A DNA stretch of 64,000 bases. Origin: Acidobacteriota bacterium (GTDB lineage Bacteria; Acidobacteriota; UBA6911). Below, one piece after another: positions 50,174 through 59,564 of the stretch (positions are counted from its first letter, which is position 1; the number at the start of each line of letters is the position of its first letter). The translations under genes and the position numbers were made by a program. Where the stretch lies: assembly GCA_963664705.1 (NCBI GenBank), contig OY761556.1:5568001-5632000 (forward strand). The letters are read 5' to 3'. The notes under the pieces were generated by a model. That model saw nothing but the letters and a program-made list of their open reading frames with translations, was not told where the DNA came from and made no database searches.

Positions 50174-51310
50174 TTAGGCTCTGCGGAGTTTGCCCGCCTC
50201 TTTGATTATCTTGGTAAGGCGATTGGAGAGTCGGTTGAGGCATTTGCGTTCAACACCAATCGGCAGTCCGCGCCGAAACATCTCCATTGCACGTTGAGTG
50301 GCGTGCAATGAATCGATTACCCCATCTAAACCAGTTCGAATGGGATCTGACGGTCTCGGTTGAGGAACCAGGTGTCGGGGTTTTGAATGAGCCAGTTGAA
50401 ACTCTCTCTGAAGGTCTTTCAACGCCACTTCGATATAGAGCATTGTCATGTCCGGAGAAGTGTGGCCGAGTAATTTCATCAGTACAGGAAAACTGACGCC
50501 GGAGCGAAGCATCTCTGTGGCATAGGTGTGGCGAAACTGGTGTGGAACAATGCGAGTGGAGATTTCGAGAGAGTAACAAACTTCATGCAGATAATCGCGA
50601 AGTTGACGAACGAGAGCATACTTGGTGCTAGGCCGTGCAAGCAGTCGACCGTCAGGAGGACACGGATCTAGAAAACGAAAGAATCGCAAGCGTTGGATAA
50701 TCGCGACTATCGACGAATCCACCGGGACCATCCGTTCTGTTTTGAGTTTACCAAGTGGTACGTGAATGGCCCACTGGCGGAGACCGGTCGAGCGGAGGCA
50801 ATCGACGGGCAAATCGGCGCACTCGCCAATGCGCATGCCGGTATGGCGGAGGAGCAGAAAGACATTCGATCCCAGATCGTTGCGCTTGAGGAACTCCTTC
50901 TGCAGAAGCTGATCCTGTTCGGCGGTGAGCGGACGTGCAAGTCTGTGCGGGCGGCGAGGGATATCTTCACGACGAATCAAGCGGGCGACTTGAGGAAGCT
51001 GTTTGGTCCACGCCAGTTCTATGAACAGAGGGCGTAAAGCGATGAGCTTACCGATATAGGTGGATGTGGCGAGCGGAGGCGTCTGGGCGCGCAAGTGGGA
51101 CATCCAGCCGAGGAGGTGTGGCTCCCGCCGCAGTTGTTCGAGAGAATTCACCTCGGGGAAATGGGCGCCCAGATAAGTAAGGAAGTTGCGTACGGTCCCG
51201 CGATACTGGACCTGGCTTGCTGAGCCGAGCGCAATACAGAGCGAATCGACCGCGCGATCAAAGACATCAACCAGTGGATGTGAGAGGGGAGGACGCCAGG
51301 AGCGTTTCAT
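50174..51310 (-). CDS. Tyrosine recombinase B
   Basis: TGMRIGE, GKLK, HQFRH and LGH...Y catalytic set. Confidence 0.93.
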   Translation of the reverse strand: MKRSWRPPLSHPLVDVFDRAVDSLCIALGSASQVQYRGTVRNFLTYLGAHFPEVNSLEQLRREPHLLGWMSHLRAQTPPLATSTYIGKLIALRPLFIELAWTKQLPQVARLIRREDIPRRPHRLARPLTAEQDQLLQKEFLKRNDLGSNVFLLLRHTGMRIGECADLPVDCLRSTGLRQWAIHVPLGKLKTERMVPVDSSIVAIIQRLRFFRFLDPCPPDGRLLARPSTKYALVRQLRDYLHEVCYSLEISTRIVPHQFRHTYATEMLRSGVSFPVLMKLLGHTSPDMTMLYIEVALKDLQREFQLAHSKPRHLVPQPRPSDPIRTGLDGVIDSLHATQRAMEMFRRGLPIGVERKCLNRLSNRLTKIIKEAGKLRRA

Positions 51311-52353
51311 GAAGGGAGCCTCGGAAGGGGGCGGACTTGCAGCGCTACTGCGCGCGTATATTGCTGGTAAACGTCTTGTGGGGTGACCTGCACATAATGC
51401 AGGGTCGTCTGAATATCGGAATGCCCCATCAACTGCATAAGTGCCGGCAGGCTGATTCCGGCGCGTATCATATCGGAGGCGAAAGTGTGGCGGAACCGAT
51501 GCGGGTGAGCAAGCTTAATACCAGTACGCTTGCGGTGGTAACGGAACAATGACCTCAGTCCGGCCAGAGTCATACGGGTTCCGCGGGCCTGCCCCTTTAG
51601 CGAGACGAAAAGCGCAGCGGTGGCAACCTGGGGCCGTTCCATCCGCCGATAGTGGTCGAGGAGCTGCACGGTTTCCGGCGCCAGTGGCAGTAAGCGTAAT
51701 TTGTTGCCTTTGCCGCGTACGCGCAGCTGTGCTTCGGAGAGCAACAAGTCGTCCTGATTTAGACCCAACACTTCGGCCGAGCGCAGTCCTTGAAAAAGCA
51801 TCACTCCAACAAGAGCCAAATCGCGAGCCATGCGGAAACTGGACCAAAAACGTGCCACCTCGTCCACCGAGAGCGGAACAAGTTGGCGTTTGGGCACCTT
51901 CACTCGCAGCCGGCTCATGGCCAGCCGTCGACGGCCCAGGCCCAGCGGTCCACGCCGCAAATAAACATGCTGGAAGCCCTGTGCCATGGACGAGGGGGAG
52001 TCAGGAAACTGATTGCGAAGAGCGCGATCGGCAACGCCAACACGGTGATTGATTGTATAACTGGAAATCGGGGGTTGGTGGTTACACTGAAACTTCAGAT
52101 AATCCGGGAGAGTCGATTCGGTCAGGTCGGCTGTGCAAACATCGGCGGTGTGATGAAGACTCTCCCACCAGCGAACAAAATGTAGCAGGTAGTAAGCCCA
52201 TGCTCGCAGAGTAGTATCCGCCAACCGGCGGACATACTCGTGATCGAGGTAGCGATTGACCCAGCCAATCTCCTGACCAGTTTCTTGCTCGACCACACGA
52301 ACCGGGCTTTGTGCGGTGTTGCGAATCTGCGGGCGAATCACACAAAATTTCAT
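51307..52353 (-). CDS. Tyrosine recombinase A
   Basis: GLRSAE, GKGNK, HRFRH and MGH...Y; ATGA overlap with recombinase B; start tentatively MKFCV. Confidence 0.92.
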   Translation of the reverse strand: MKFCVIRPQIRNTAQSPVRVVEQETGQEIGWVNRYLDHEYVRRLADTTLRAWAYYLLHFVRWWESLHHTADVCTADLTESTLPDYLKFQCNHQPPISSYTINHRVGVADRALRNQFPDSPSSMAQGFQHVYLRRGPLGLGRRRLAMSRLRVKVPKRQLVPLSVDEVARFWSSFRMARDLALVGVMLFQGLRSAEVLGLNQDDLLLSEAQLRVRGKGNKLRLLPLAPETVQLLDHYRRMERPQVATAALFVSLKGQARGTRMTLAGLRSLFRYHRKRTGIKLAHPHRFRHTFASDMIRAGISLPALMQLMGHSDIQTTLHYVQVTPQDVYQQYTRAVALQVRPLPRLPS

Positions 52354-52390
52354 AGCAGAGCCAAGCTCCAGAAAAGAATGTGTATCAGAG

Positions 52391-52708
52391 TCAGGCAGCA
52401 GGAAGTTCAAGTACCTGGTAGACTCCATCTTTGAATGCGATCAGATCTCGCGCCAGGAGTTCATTACGGGCGCCGGTAAGTTCGTGGCGGTGATGAATCT
52501 CGAGGAGTTCCTCCATACGTTCGTCGGAGTAAAAACTCACACCATCTCGATTAGCAACTGAGACCAAGACCAAGTAGAGAAGCTTTTCCAAGCGGGTTAG
52601 TCCCTGATCGAAACCCTGCCGAAAAAAGCGATGGTCAATCCAACTGAAAGAACCGCTGATGGCGCGGAGTCGGTCCGGCTGTAGCGGTTGAGGTCGTTTG
52701 TTCATCAT
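52391..52708 (-). CDS. Small winged-helix-like accessory protein
   Basis: RLR.I.GSFSWIDHRF...LY..L..VA.R.G.SFYSD...YQVL.LP. Confidence 0.7.
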   Translation of the reverse strand: MMNKRPQPLQPDRLRAISGSFSWIDHRFFRQGFDQGLTRLEKLLYLVLVSVANRDGVSFYSDERMEELLEIHHRHELTGARNELLARDLIAFKDGVYQVLELPAA

Positions 52709-52787
52709 GCTTTCCCCATTTTGTACATGCCGAAATTAACGAAGCTATATGGGATGAATCAATATGTCGGGACTAAATCTAACAAGC

Positions 52788-53291
52788 TCATCGGCGGCTG
52801 CGGTGACGCTCCGACCAACGCCTCTCTCGCTCCCAAACTCGTTCGAGAGCGCGGCGACATGCATAGGAACAGAAGCGTTGCAGGGGCGACCGCCGGCTGC
52901 GGTGGAATTCTTGGTATCAACCAGGGCGATCGCAGGAACACGAAAATAAGTTTCTTATAATGACCCTCGCTTCGGGGGCCGGGCCCTTGTTTTGTTGCGT
53001 GCGCTCCTTTTGCCGCACTCTGTATCTGTGGCTTTGAACGCGGCGAACCTGCTTTCCACCATCAGTTTTGCGGTACTTTTGCCGGGCTTTCCACTCTCTC
53101 CATTTTCCCGCCTCATTGCGGCAATGCTCGCTACAATAGCGTGCTCGGGGGTGTTCCGGCCGGAATATGCGACCGCAGTCTTTCAGCAAACACGCACGGG
53201 CGCGCGGCCATCTAGCTTTTCGCCTGGTATGGGGTCTTGTTCCTTTTGCTTGATTTTGAAGGAGAATTATCGGATGTTCACGAGGGCCCAT
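52788..53291 (-). CDS. Two-Zn-finger basic protein with in-frame TGA at a Cys position (Sec or nonsense)
   Basis: CLLKDC...YCSEHC, then CDRPG[TGA 52919-52917]YQ...FCSYAC...; next stop at 52788. Confidence 0.6.
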
Positions 53292-53689
53292 GGGAGTTGC
53301 CTCTCCCAGAAGCTCAAGCCTCGAGGGGGACCCATTCCCCTTCGGGGCACACTGAGCACAATTGGATGCAATATCCTTAACCCTGCTCTTAGATTAGGAT
53401 CGGAAATAAAACCGGCGAGATTACTCGAAAATCAAATTCGATTTGCCGAGTAGTTGTTGTTGCGAAGCACCGTGAAAAAAAGCAGAAGTATAAGGGAAAA
53501 GCTATATTTATACTGCTTCACAACTTGAAGAATTACCGAAAGACTTTATAGACCAATTTTAAACATTGGCCGGTTATTTTGGACTTCCTGGGACCTTGGA
53601 AAACTTTCACAAATTAGGTAGGCATTCTTATACCTATTACGTTCTTGTTATTAGGAACAGTGGAGGACTTATAGGGAGGGTATTGCGCA

Positions 53690-54430
53690 ATGAGAAAGGC
53701 ATCTATTCTTATAATTTTCGCAGGGCTAGTTGTTTTTGTGCTCATTAATGTTCGATATATTTCGGGTTCTTGCATAACTCCCGGTCCTCCATGCCAGGAG
53801 TTTTGGCGTGCAAACGCGGTATTTGCTGGGCGTGTTATATCTGTCACCGACGACACAGCGAAATGGCCGTCTAATCTGAGCTATCAGGAACTGAATAAGC
53901 TTGATCCATCAACAGCCGTGCATGTGGTGTTTGATGTCAGCGAACCATTTCGAGGGGTAAGCGAATCCAAGATTGAAGTCCTAACAGGCAGTCGAGGTCC
54001 TAAGGTATGGTCTTCGGAGGCCTTTGATTTTAGAGTCGGGCAGGAATATATCGTCTATGCATCCCGGCTAACATCACGACCTGACCTTTATACCTCAGGA
54101 TGCGCACGGACTCGCTTGATCCAAAATGCGGCAGAAGATTTGGCCTATGCTCGATCTTTGGCTACGAGCACAGCAACCGGAGCCCAAATATTTGGAACAG
54201 TTTTTTCGCCCATAACTCAAAAACCCATAAGTGGCATCCAGATATCGCTCTTGCTGGGTCAAAAAAGTTGGAAAACTAAGACCAATTCGGATGGCGATTT
54301 CGTATTTACCGGAAAGCCCGTGGGTGATTATCAAGTATTGCTTCCCAGCGGAAGGCAAATTTCTGCCAGTGTTTTGGATGTCAAAGGATGCGCATGCATG
54401 GGAAAAATTCCGGATAGGTTGGACCGATGA
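53690..54430 (+). CDS. Exported protein: TIMP/NTR-like domain + carboxypeptidase-regulatory-like domain
   Basis: N-terminal TM; SC...PPC...AVFAGRV, F..G.EYIVYA...C.RT; TNSDG.F.F...P.G.Y.V. Confidence 0.7.
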   Translation: MRKASILIIFAGLVVFVLINVRYISGSCITPGPPCQEFWRANAVFAGRVISVTDDTAKWPSNLSYQELNKLDPSTAVHVVFDVSEPFRGVSESKIEVLTGSRGPKVWSSEAFDFRVGQEYIVYASRLTSRPDLYTSGCARTRLIQNAAEDLAYARSLATSTATGAQIFGTVFSPITQKPISGIQISLLLGQKSWKTKTNSDGDFVFTGKPVGDYQVLLPSGRQISASVLDVKGCACMGKIPDRLDR

Positions 54431-54510
54431 GAAGTAACTGATTTTGAGGAAATTTACTTTTTGGCGTTATCTCCCACAATCGGACATAACCGGCCAATCG
54501 CTGCCCGTTT

Positions 54511-55647
54511 TTAGGCTCTGCGGAGTTTGCCCGCCTCTTTGATTATCTTGGTAAGGCGATTGGAGAGTCGGTTGAGGCATTTGCGTTCAACACCAATCGG
54601 CAGTCCGCGCCGAAACATCTCCATTGCACGTTGAGTGGCGTGCAATGAATCGATTACCCCATCTAAACCAGTTCGAATGGGATCTGACGGTCTCGGTTGA
54701 GGAACCAGGTGTCGGGGTTTTGAATGAGCCAGTTGAAACTCTCTCTGAAGGTCTTTCAACGCCACTTCGATATAGAGCATTGTCATGTCCGGAGAAGTGT
54801 GGCCGAGTAATTTCATCAGTACAGGAAAACTGACGCCGGAGCGAAGCATCTCTGTGGCATAGGTGTGGCGAAACTGGTGTGGAACAATGCGAGTGGAGAT
54901 TTCGAGAGAGTAACAAACTTCATGCAGATAATCGCGAAGTTGACGAACGAGAGCATACTTGGTGCTAGGCCGTGCAAGCAGTCGACCGTCAGGAGGACAC
55001 GGATCTAGAAAACGAAAGAATCGCAAGCGTTGGATAATCGCGACTATCGACGAATCCACCGGGACCATCCGTTCTGTTTTGAGTTTACCAAGTGGTACGT
55101 GAATGGCCCACTGGCGGAGACCGGTCGAGCGGAGGCAATCGACGGGCAAATCGGCGCACTCGCCAATGCGCATGCCGGTATGGCGGAGGAGCAGAAAGAC
55201 ATTCGATCCCAGATCGTTGCGCTTGAGGAACTCCTTCTGCAGAAGCTGATCCTGTTCGGCGGTGAGCGGACGTGCAAGTCTGTGCGGGCGGCGAGGGATA
55301 TCTTCACGACGAATCAAGCGGGCGACTTGAGGAAGCTGTTTGGTCCACGCCAGTTCTATGAACAGAGGGCGTAAAGCGATGAGCTTACCGATATAGGTGG
55401 ATGTGGCGAGCGGAGGCGTCTGGGCGCGCAAGTGGGACATCCAGCCGAGGAGGTGTGGCTCCCGCCGCAGTTGTTCGAGAGAATTCACCTCGGGGAAATG
55501 GGCGCCCAGATAAGTAAGGAAGTTGCGTACGGTCCCGCGATACTGGACCTGGCTTGCTGAGCCGAGCGCAATACAGAGCGAATCGACCGCGCGATCAAAG
55601 ACATCAACCAGTGGATGTGAGAGGGGAGGACGCCAGGAGCGTTTCAT
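54511..55647 (-). CDS. Tyrosine recombinase B (copy 2)
   Basis: Identical translation to 50174-51310. Confidence 0.93.
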   Translation of the reverse strand: MKRSWRPPLSHPLVDVFDRAVDSLCIALGSASQVQYRGTVRNFLTYLGAHFPEVNSLEQLRREPHLLGWMSHLRAQTPPLATSTYIGKLIALRPLFIELAWTKQLPQVARLIRREDIPRRPHRLARPLTAEQDQLLQKEFLKRNDLGSNVFLLLRHTGMRIGECADLPVDCLRSTGLRQWAIHVPLGKLKTERMVPVDSSIVAIIQRLRFFRFLDPCPPDGRLLARPSTKYALVRQLRDYLHEVCYSLEISTRIVPHQFRHTYATEMLRSGVSFPVLMKLLGHTSPDMTMLYIEVALKDLQREFQLAHSKPRHLVPQPRPSDPIRTGLDGVIDSLHATQRAMEMFRRGLPIGVERKCLNRLSNRLTKIIKEAGKLRRA

Positions 55648-56690
55648 GAAGGGAGCCTCGGAAGGGGGCGGACTTGCAGCGCTACTGCGCGCGTATATTG
55701 CTGGTAAACGTCTTGTGGGGTGACCTGCACATAATGCAGGGTCGTCTGAATATCGGAATGCCCCATCAACTGCATAAGTGCCGGCAGGCTGATTCCGGCG
55801 CGTATCATATCGGAGGCGAAAGTGTGGCGGAACCGATGCGGGTGAGCAAGCTTAATACCAGTACGCTTGCGGTGGTAACGGAACAATGACCTCAGTCCGG
55901 CCAGAGTCATACGGGTTCCGCGGGCCTGCCCCTTTAGCGAGACGAAAAGCGCAGCGGTGGCAACCTGGGGCCGTTCCATCCGCCGATAGTGGTCGAGGAG
56001 CTGCACGGTTTCCGGCGCCAGTGGCAGTAAGCGTAATTTGTTGCCTTTGCCGCGTACGCGCAGCTGTGCTTCGGAGAGCAACAAGTCGTCCTGATTTAGA
56101 CCCAACACTTCGGCCGAGCGCAGTCCTTGAAAAAGCATCACTCCAACAAGAGCCAAATCGCGAGCCATGCGGAAACTGGACCAAAAACGTGCCACCTCGT
56201 CCACCGAGAGCGGAACAAGTTGGCGTTTGGGCACCTTCACTCGCAGCCGGCTCATGGCCAGCCGTCGACGGCCCAGGCCCAGCGGTCCACGCCGCAAATA
56301 AACATGCTGGAAGCCCTGTGCCATGGACGAGGGGGAGTCAGGAAACTGATTGCGAAGAGCGCGATCGGCAACGCCAACACGGTGATTGATTGTATAACTG
56401 GAAATCGGGGGTTGGTGGTTACACTGAAACTTCAGATAATCCGGGAGAGTCGATTCGGTCAGGTCGGCTGTGCAAACATCGGCGGTGTGATGAAGACTCT
56501 CCCACCAGCGAACAAAATGTAGCAGGTAGTAAGCCCATGCTCGCAGAGTAGTATCCGCCAACCGGCGGACATACTCGTGATCGAGGTAGCGATTGACCCA
56601 GCCAATCTCCTGACCAGTTTCTTGCTCGACCACACGAACCGGGCTTTGTGCGGTGTTGCGAATCTGCGGGCGAATCACACAAAATTTCAT
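55644..56690 (-). CDS. Tyrosine recombinase A (copy 2)
   Basis: Identical translation to 51307-52353. Confidence 0.92.
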   Translation of the reverse strand: MKFCVIRPQIRNTAQSPVRVVEQETGQEIGWVNRYLDHEYVRRLADTTLRAWAYYLLHFVRWWESLHHTADVCTADLTESTLPDYLKFQCNHQPPISSYTINHRVGVADRALRNQFPDSPSSMAQGFQHVYLRRGPLGLGRRRLAMSRLRVKVPKRQLVPLSVDEVARFWSSFRMARDLALVGVMLFQGLRSAEVLGLNQDDLLLSEAQLRVRGKGNKLRLLPLAPETVQLLDHYRRMERPQVATAALFVSLKGQARGTRMTLAGLRSLFRYHRKRTGIKLAHPHRFRHTFASDMIRAGISLPALMQLMGHSDIQTTLHYVQVTPQDVYQQYTRAVALQVRPLPRLPS

Positions 56691-56727
56691 AGCAGAGCCA
56701 AGCTCCAGAAAAGAATGTGTATCAGAG

Positions 56728-57045
56728 TCAGGCAGCAGGAAGTTCAAGTACCTGGTAGACTCCATCTTTGAATGCGATCAGATCTCGCGCCAGGAGTTCA
56801 TTACGGGCGCCGGTAAGTTCGTGGCGGTGATGAATCTCGAGGAGTTCCTCCATACGTTCGTCGGAGTAAAAACTCACACCATCTCGATTAGCAACTGAGA
56901 CCAAGACCAAGTAGAGAAGCTTTTCCAAGCGGGTTAGTCCCTGATCGAAACCCTGCCGAAAAAAGCGATGGTCAATCCAACTGAAAGAACCGCTGATGGC
57001 GCGGAGTCGGTCCGGCTGTAGCGGTTGAGGTCGTTTGTTCATCAT
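56728..57045 (-). CDS. Small winged-helix-like accessory protein (copy 2)
   Basis: Identical translation to 52391-52708. Confidence 0.7.
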   Translation of the reverse strand: MMNKRPQPLQPDRLRAISGSFSWIDHRFFRQGFDQGLTRLEKLLYLVLVSVANRDGVSFYSDERMEELLEIHHRHELTGARNELLARDLIAFKDGVYQVLELPAA

Positions 57046-57124
57046 GCTTTCCCCATTTTGTACATGCCGAAATTAACGAAGCTATATGGGATGAATCAAT
57101 ATGTCGGGACTAAATCTAACAAGC

Positions 57125-57628
57125 TCATCGGCGGCTGCGGTGACGCTCCGACCAACGCCTCTCTCGCTCCCAAACTCGTTCGAGAGCGCGGCGACATGCA
57201 TAGGAACAGAAGCGTTGCAGGGGCGACCGCCGGCTGCGGTGGAATTCTTGGTATCAACCAGGGCGATCGCAGGAACACGAAAATAAGTTTCTTATAATGA
57301 CCCTCGCTTCGGGGGCCGGGCCCTTGTTTTGTTGCGTGCGCTCCTTTTGCCGCACTCTGTATCTGTGGCTTTGAACGCGGCGAACCTGCTTTCCACCATC
57401 AGTTTTGCGGTACTTTTGCCGGGCTTTCCACTCTCTCCATTTTCCCGCCTCATTGCGGCAATGCTCGCTACAATAGCGTGCTCGGGGGTGTTCCGGCCGG
57501 AATATGCGACCGCAGTCTTTCAGCAAACACGCACGGGCGCGCGGCCATCTAGCTTTTCGCCTGGTATGGGGTCTTGTTCCTTTTGCTTGATTTTGAAGGA
57601 GAATTATCGGATGTTCACGAGGGCCCAT
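57125..57628 (-). CDS. Two-Zn-finger protein with in-frame TGA (copy 2)
   Basis: Identical to copy 1; TGA at 57256-57254. Confidence 0.6.
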
Positions 57629-58008
57629 GGGAGTTGCCTCTCCCAGAAGCTCAAGCCTCGAGGGGGACCCATTCCCCTTCGGGGCACACTGAGCACAATT
57701 GGATGCAATATCCTTAACCCTGCTCTTAGATTAGGATCGGAAATAAAACCGGCGAGATTACTCGAAAATCAAATTCGATTTGCCGAGTAGTTGTTGTTGC
57801 GAAGCACCGTGAAAAAAAGCAGAAGTATAAGGGAAAAGCTATATTTATACTGCTTCACAACTTGAAGAATTACCGAAAGACTTTATAGACCAATTTTAAA
57901 CATTGGCCGGTTATTTTGGACATATTGGGATTTACTCCATTTATAAATTGGAAGGTGTGGGATCATGAAGCTGTAGTATAAAAGTATAATTCAGCACTTT
58001 GGTGAATC

Positions 58009-58878
58009 ATGAACTGGCCAGCCCGAATCACTCTCGGGATTTTGGGAGTCGTCCTTCTTTCCGTGTCATACCTCTGTATCCGCCATTACACTCGTGAGGA
58101 CAACTCGATCAGCACTTCGATCCATCTCGAACCAGTTGTTCGCAATTCCCCCAATTTCCCCACGGTGCATTCGGGTGTAGATCAATTACCACAAGAAAGA
58201 AAATCGTTATCAGCGACAATCCCCTTTGGACGTTCAAATCCAAATTCGGGAGATCTGTCTAATGCCACTGCTGCGGAAAGAACAGTTCGTGTTGCCCTTC
58301 AGATGATTGAAGAGGGTGATTACAAAAAGGCCCGAGATTTGCTCCTGACGAGAATCATGGCTACGCCTCGCGGTAGCAATTATCTCAGGTACGGTAAGCC
58401 AGATCGTGTATCCATGCGAAAGGAAATTACGCTCACTGGAAAGGATCAGGTCCAGTTCGAAAATTGGGTTTACGAAAATGGCCGAGGCAGGATCTCGCGT
58501 GAGCTTGAGTTTATGGCTAACCCAGCAGACCGACAGACAGAAGAACAAGGGGCGTCCGAATTGTGGGCCCTCGGCTACAGCTTTTATAGTGAAGGAGGGG
58601 TCGAAAACGAGAAAAAAGGCAAAAATATTTTTGAGGATTTCCTCGTAATTTTTGCAAATGGTCCTGAAGATTTGGTTCAAGCAGCTCAAATTGATATTGC
58701 CGTTATTGACATTAAGCTAATGCATTCTGCTTCTACTCTTGGATACAGGATTGCAGCAGCTTCTGAGGCAGTAGAAGTGCTTAAGAAATTTATATTGAAA
58801 TGGCCAAATCACCCTAGAGCCAATGACGCGGGTATTTCACTAAAAATTGCGCAGGAATTTTTGCTTAATCCTAGGTAG
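58009..58878 (+). CDS. Membrane-anchored helical-repeat hypothetical protein
   Basis: N-terminal TM; RG..YLRYGKPD...E.W.Y (GWxTD-associated-like); C-terminal F..KWPNHP.A.DA TPR-like helices. Confidence 0.6.
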   Translation: MNWPARITLGILGVVLLSVSYLCIRHYTREDNSISTSIHLEPVVRNSPNFPTVHSGVDQLPQERKSLSATIPFGRSNPNSGDLSNATAAERTVRVALQMIEEGDYKKARDLLLTRIMATPRGSNYLRYGKPDRVSMRKEITLTGKDQVQFENWVYENGRGRISRELEFMANPADRQTEEQGASELWALGYSFYSEGGVENEKKGKNIFEDFLVIFANGPEDLVQAAQIDIAVIDIKLMHSASTLGYRIAAASEAVEVLKKFILKWPNHPRANDAGISLKIAQEFLLNPR

Positions 58879-59085
58879 TAGATCAACTTTCGATCCTATG
58901 ATACGTTCCAGATCGGGATATCCACTTACCCTACGGGGTGGCGGCACTTTGCATTATGGCGTTATCTCCGCGAAGCCGACATCAAAGGAGTATCGGAGTA
59001 TCCTCTATTCCAGCTGAGCTCTGTTGATTGTTCCCTTCAGGAACAGAAATCAGTTGCCTTGGGCTACCAAATAGGGAGATAAGAA

Positions 59086-59463
59086 ATGAAATTTTCAGAT
59101 ATCTGCATCATTACCGAAGACGTCTCAAGACTTGCTCGGTTCTATGAATCCGTTTTCCAGACAAAGGCTGAGGGAGACGCCATTCATTCATCCCTATTAA
59201 CTGAGGGAGCAAGCATCGCTTTCTATTCAAAGAAGGCGGCTGAGACCGATATGTGTTTTGATTTCTCACAATTTTGGGGGTCAGGTAATTACACACTCGG
59301 ATACAACGTAGGTGATGTAGATCAAGAGTATGAGCGCCTGAAATCGCTAAAGATCGATTTTGTAACGATCCCTACAACTTGGCCTTGGGGTGCCAGGTCC
59401 GTGCATTTCAGAGATCCAGATGGGAACATTATCTGCTTTAGAAGCTTCCCGAAACAAAACTGA
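59086..59463 (+). CDS. VOC/glyoxalase-family protein
   Basis: DV.RLARFY..VF; V.DVD.EYERL; PWGARSVHFRDPDGN. Confidence 0.9.
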   Translation: MKFSDICIITEDVSRLARFYESVFQTKAEGDAIHSSLLTEGASIAFYSKKAAETDMCFDFSQFWGSGNYTLGYNVGDVDQEYERLKSLKIDFVTIPTTWPWGARSVHFRDPDGNIICFRSFPKQN

Positions 59464-59564
59464 TATCTCGCTTTGGTGCCCATTGTATATAAGGCGCTAT
59501 TTCCTACAATGAGACTACAGGAAAACAACGATTTGCGGCAGAGTGATTGTGCTGAAACAATGCC

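Larger units (their letters stand above)
50149..53584 (-). mobile_element. Dual tyrosine-recombinase element, copy 1
   Basis: Perfect 13-bp terminal IR ATAACCGGCCAAT (50149-50161) / ATTGGCCGGTTAT (53565-53577) followed by TTTGGAC; repeated 4337 bp downstream. Confidence 0.92.
54486..57921 (-). mobile_element. Dual tyrosine-recombinase element, copy 2
   Basis: Same IRs (54486-54498 / 57902-57914) plus TTTGGAC; all ORF translations identical to copy 1. Confidence 0.92.

Noticed and set aside
50149-57921. RIT element or prophage integrase
   Set aside because: Only two recombinases per unit, 13-bp IRs and no phage genes.
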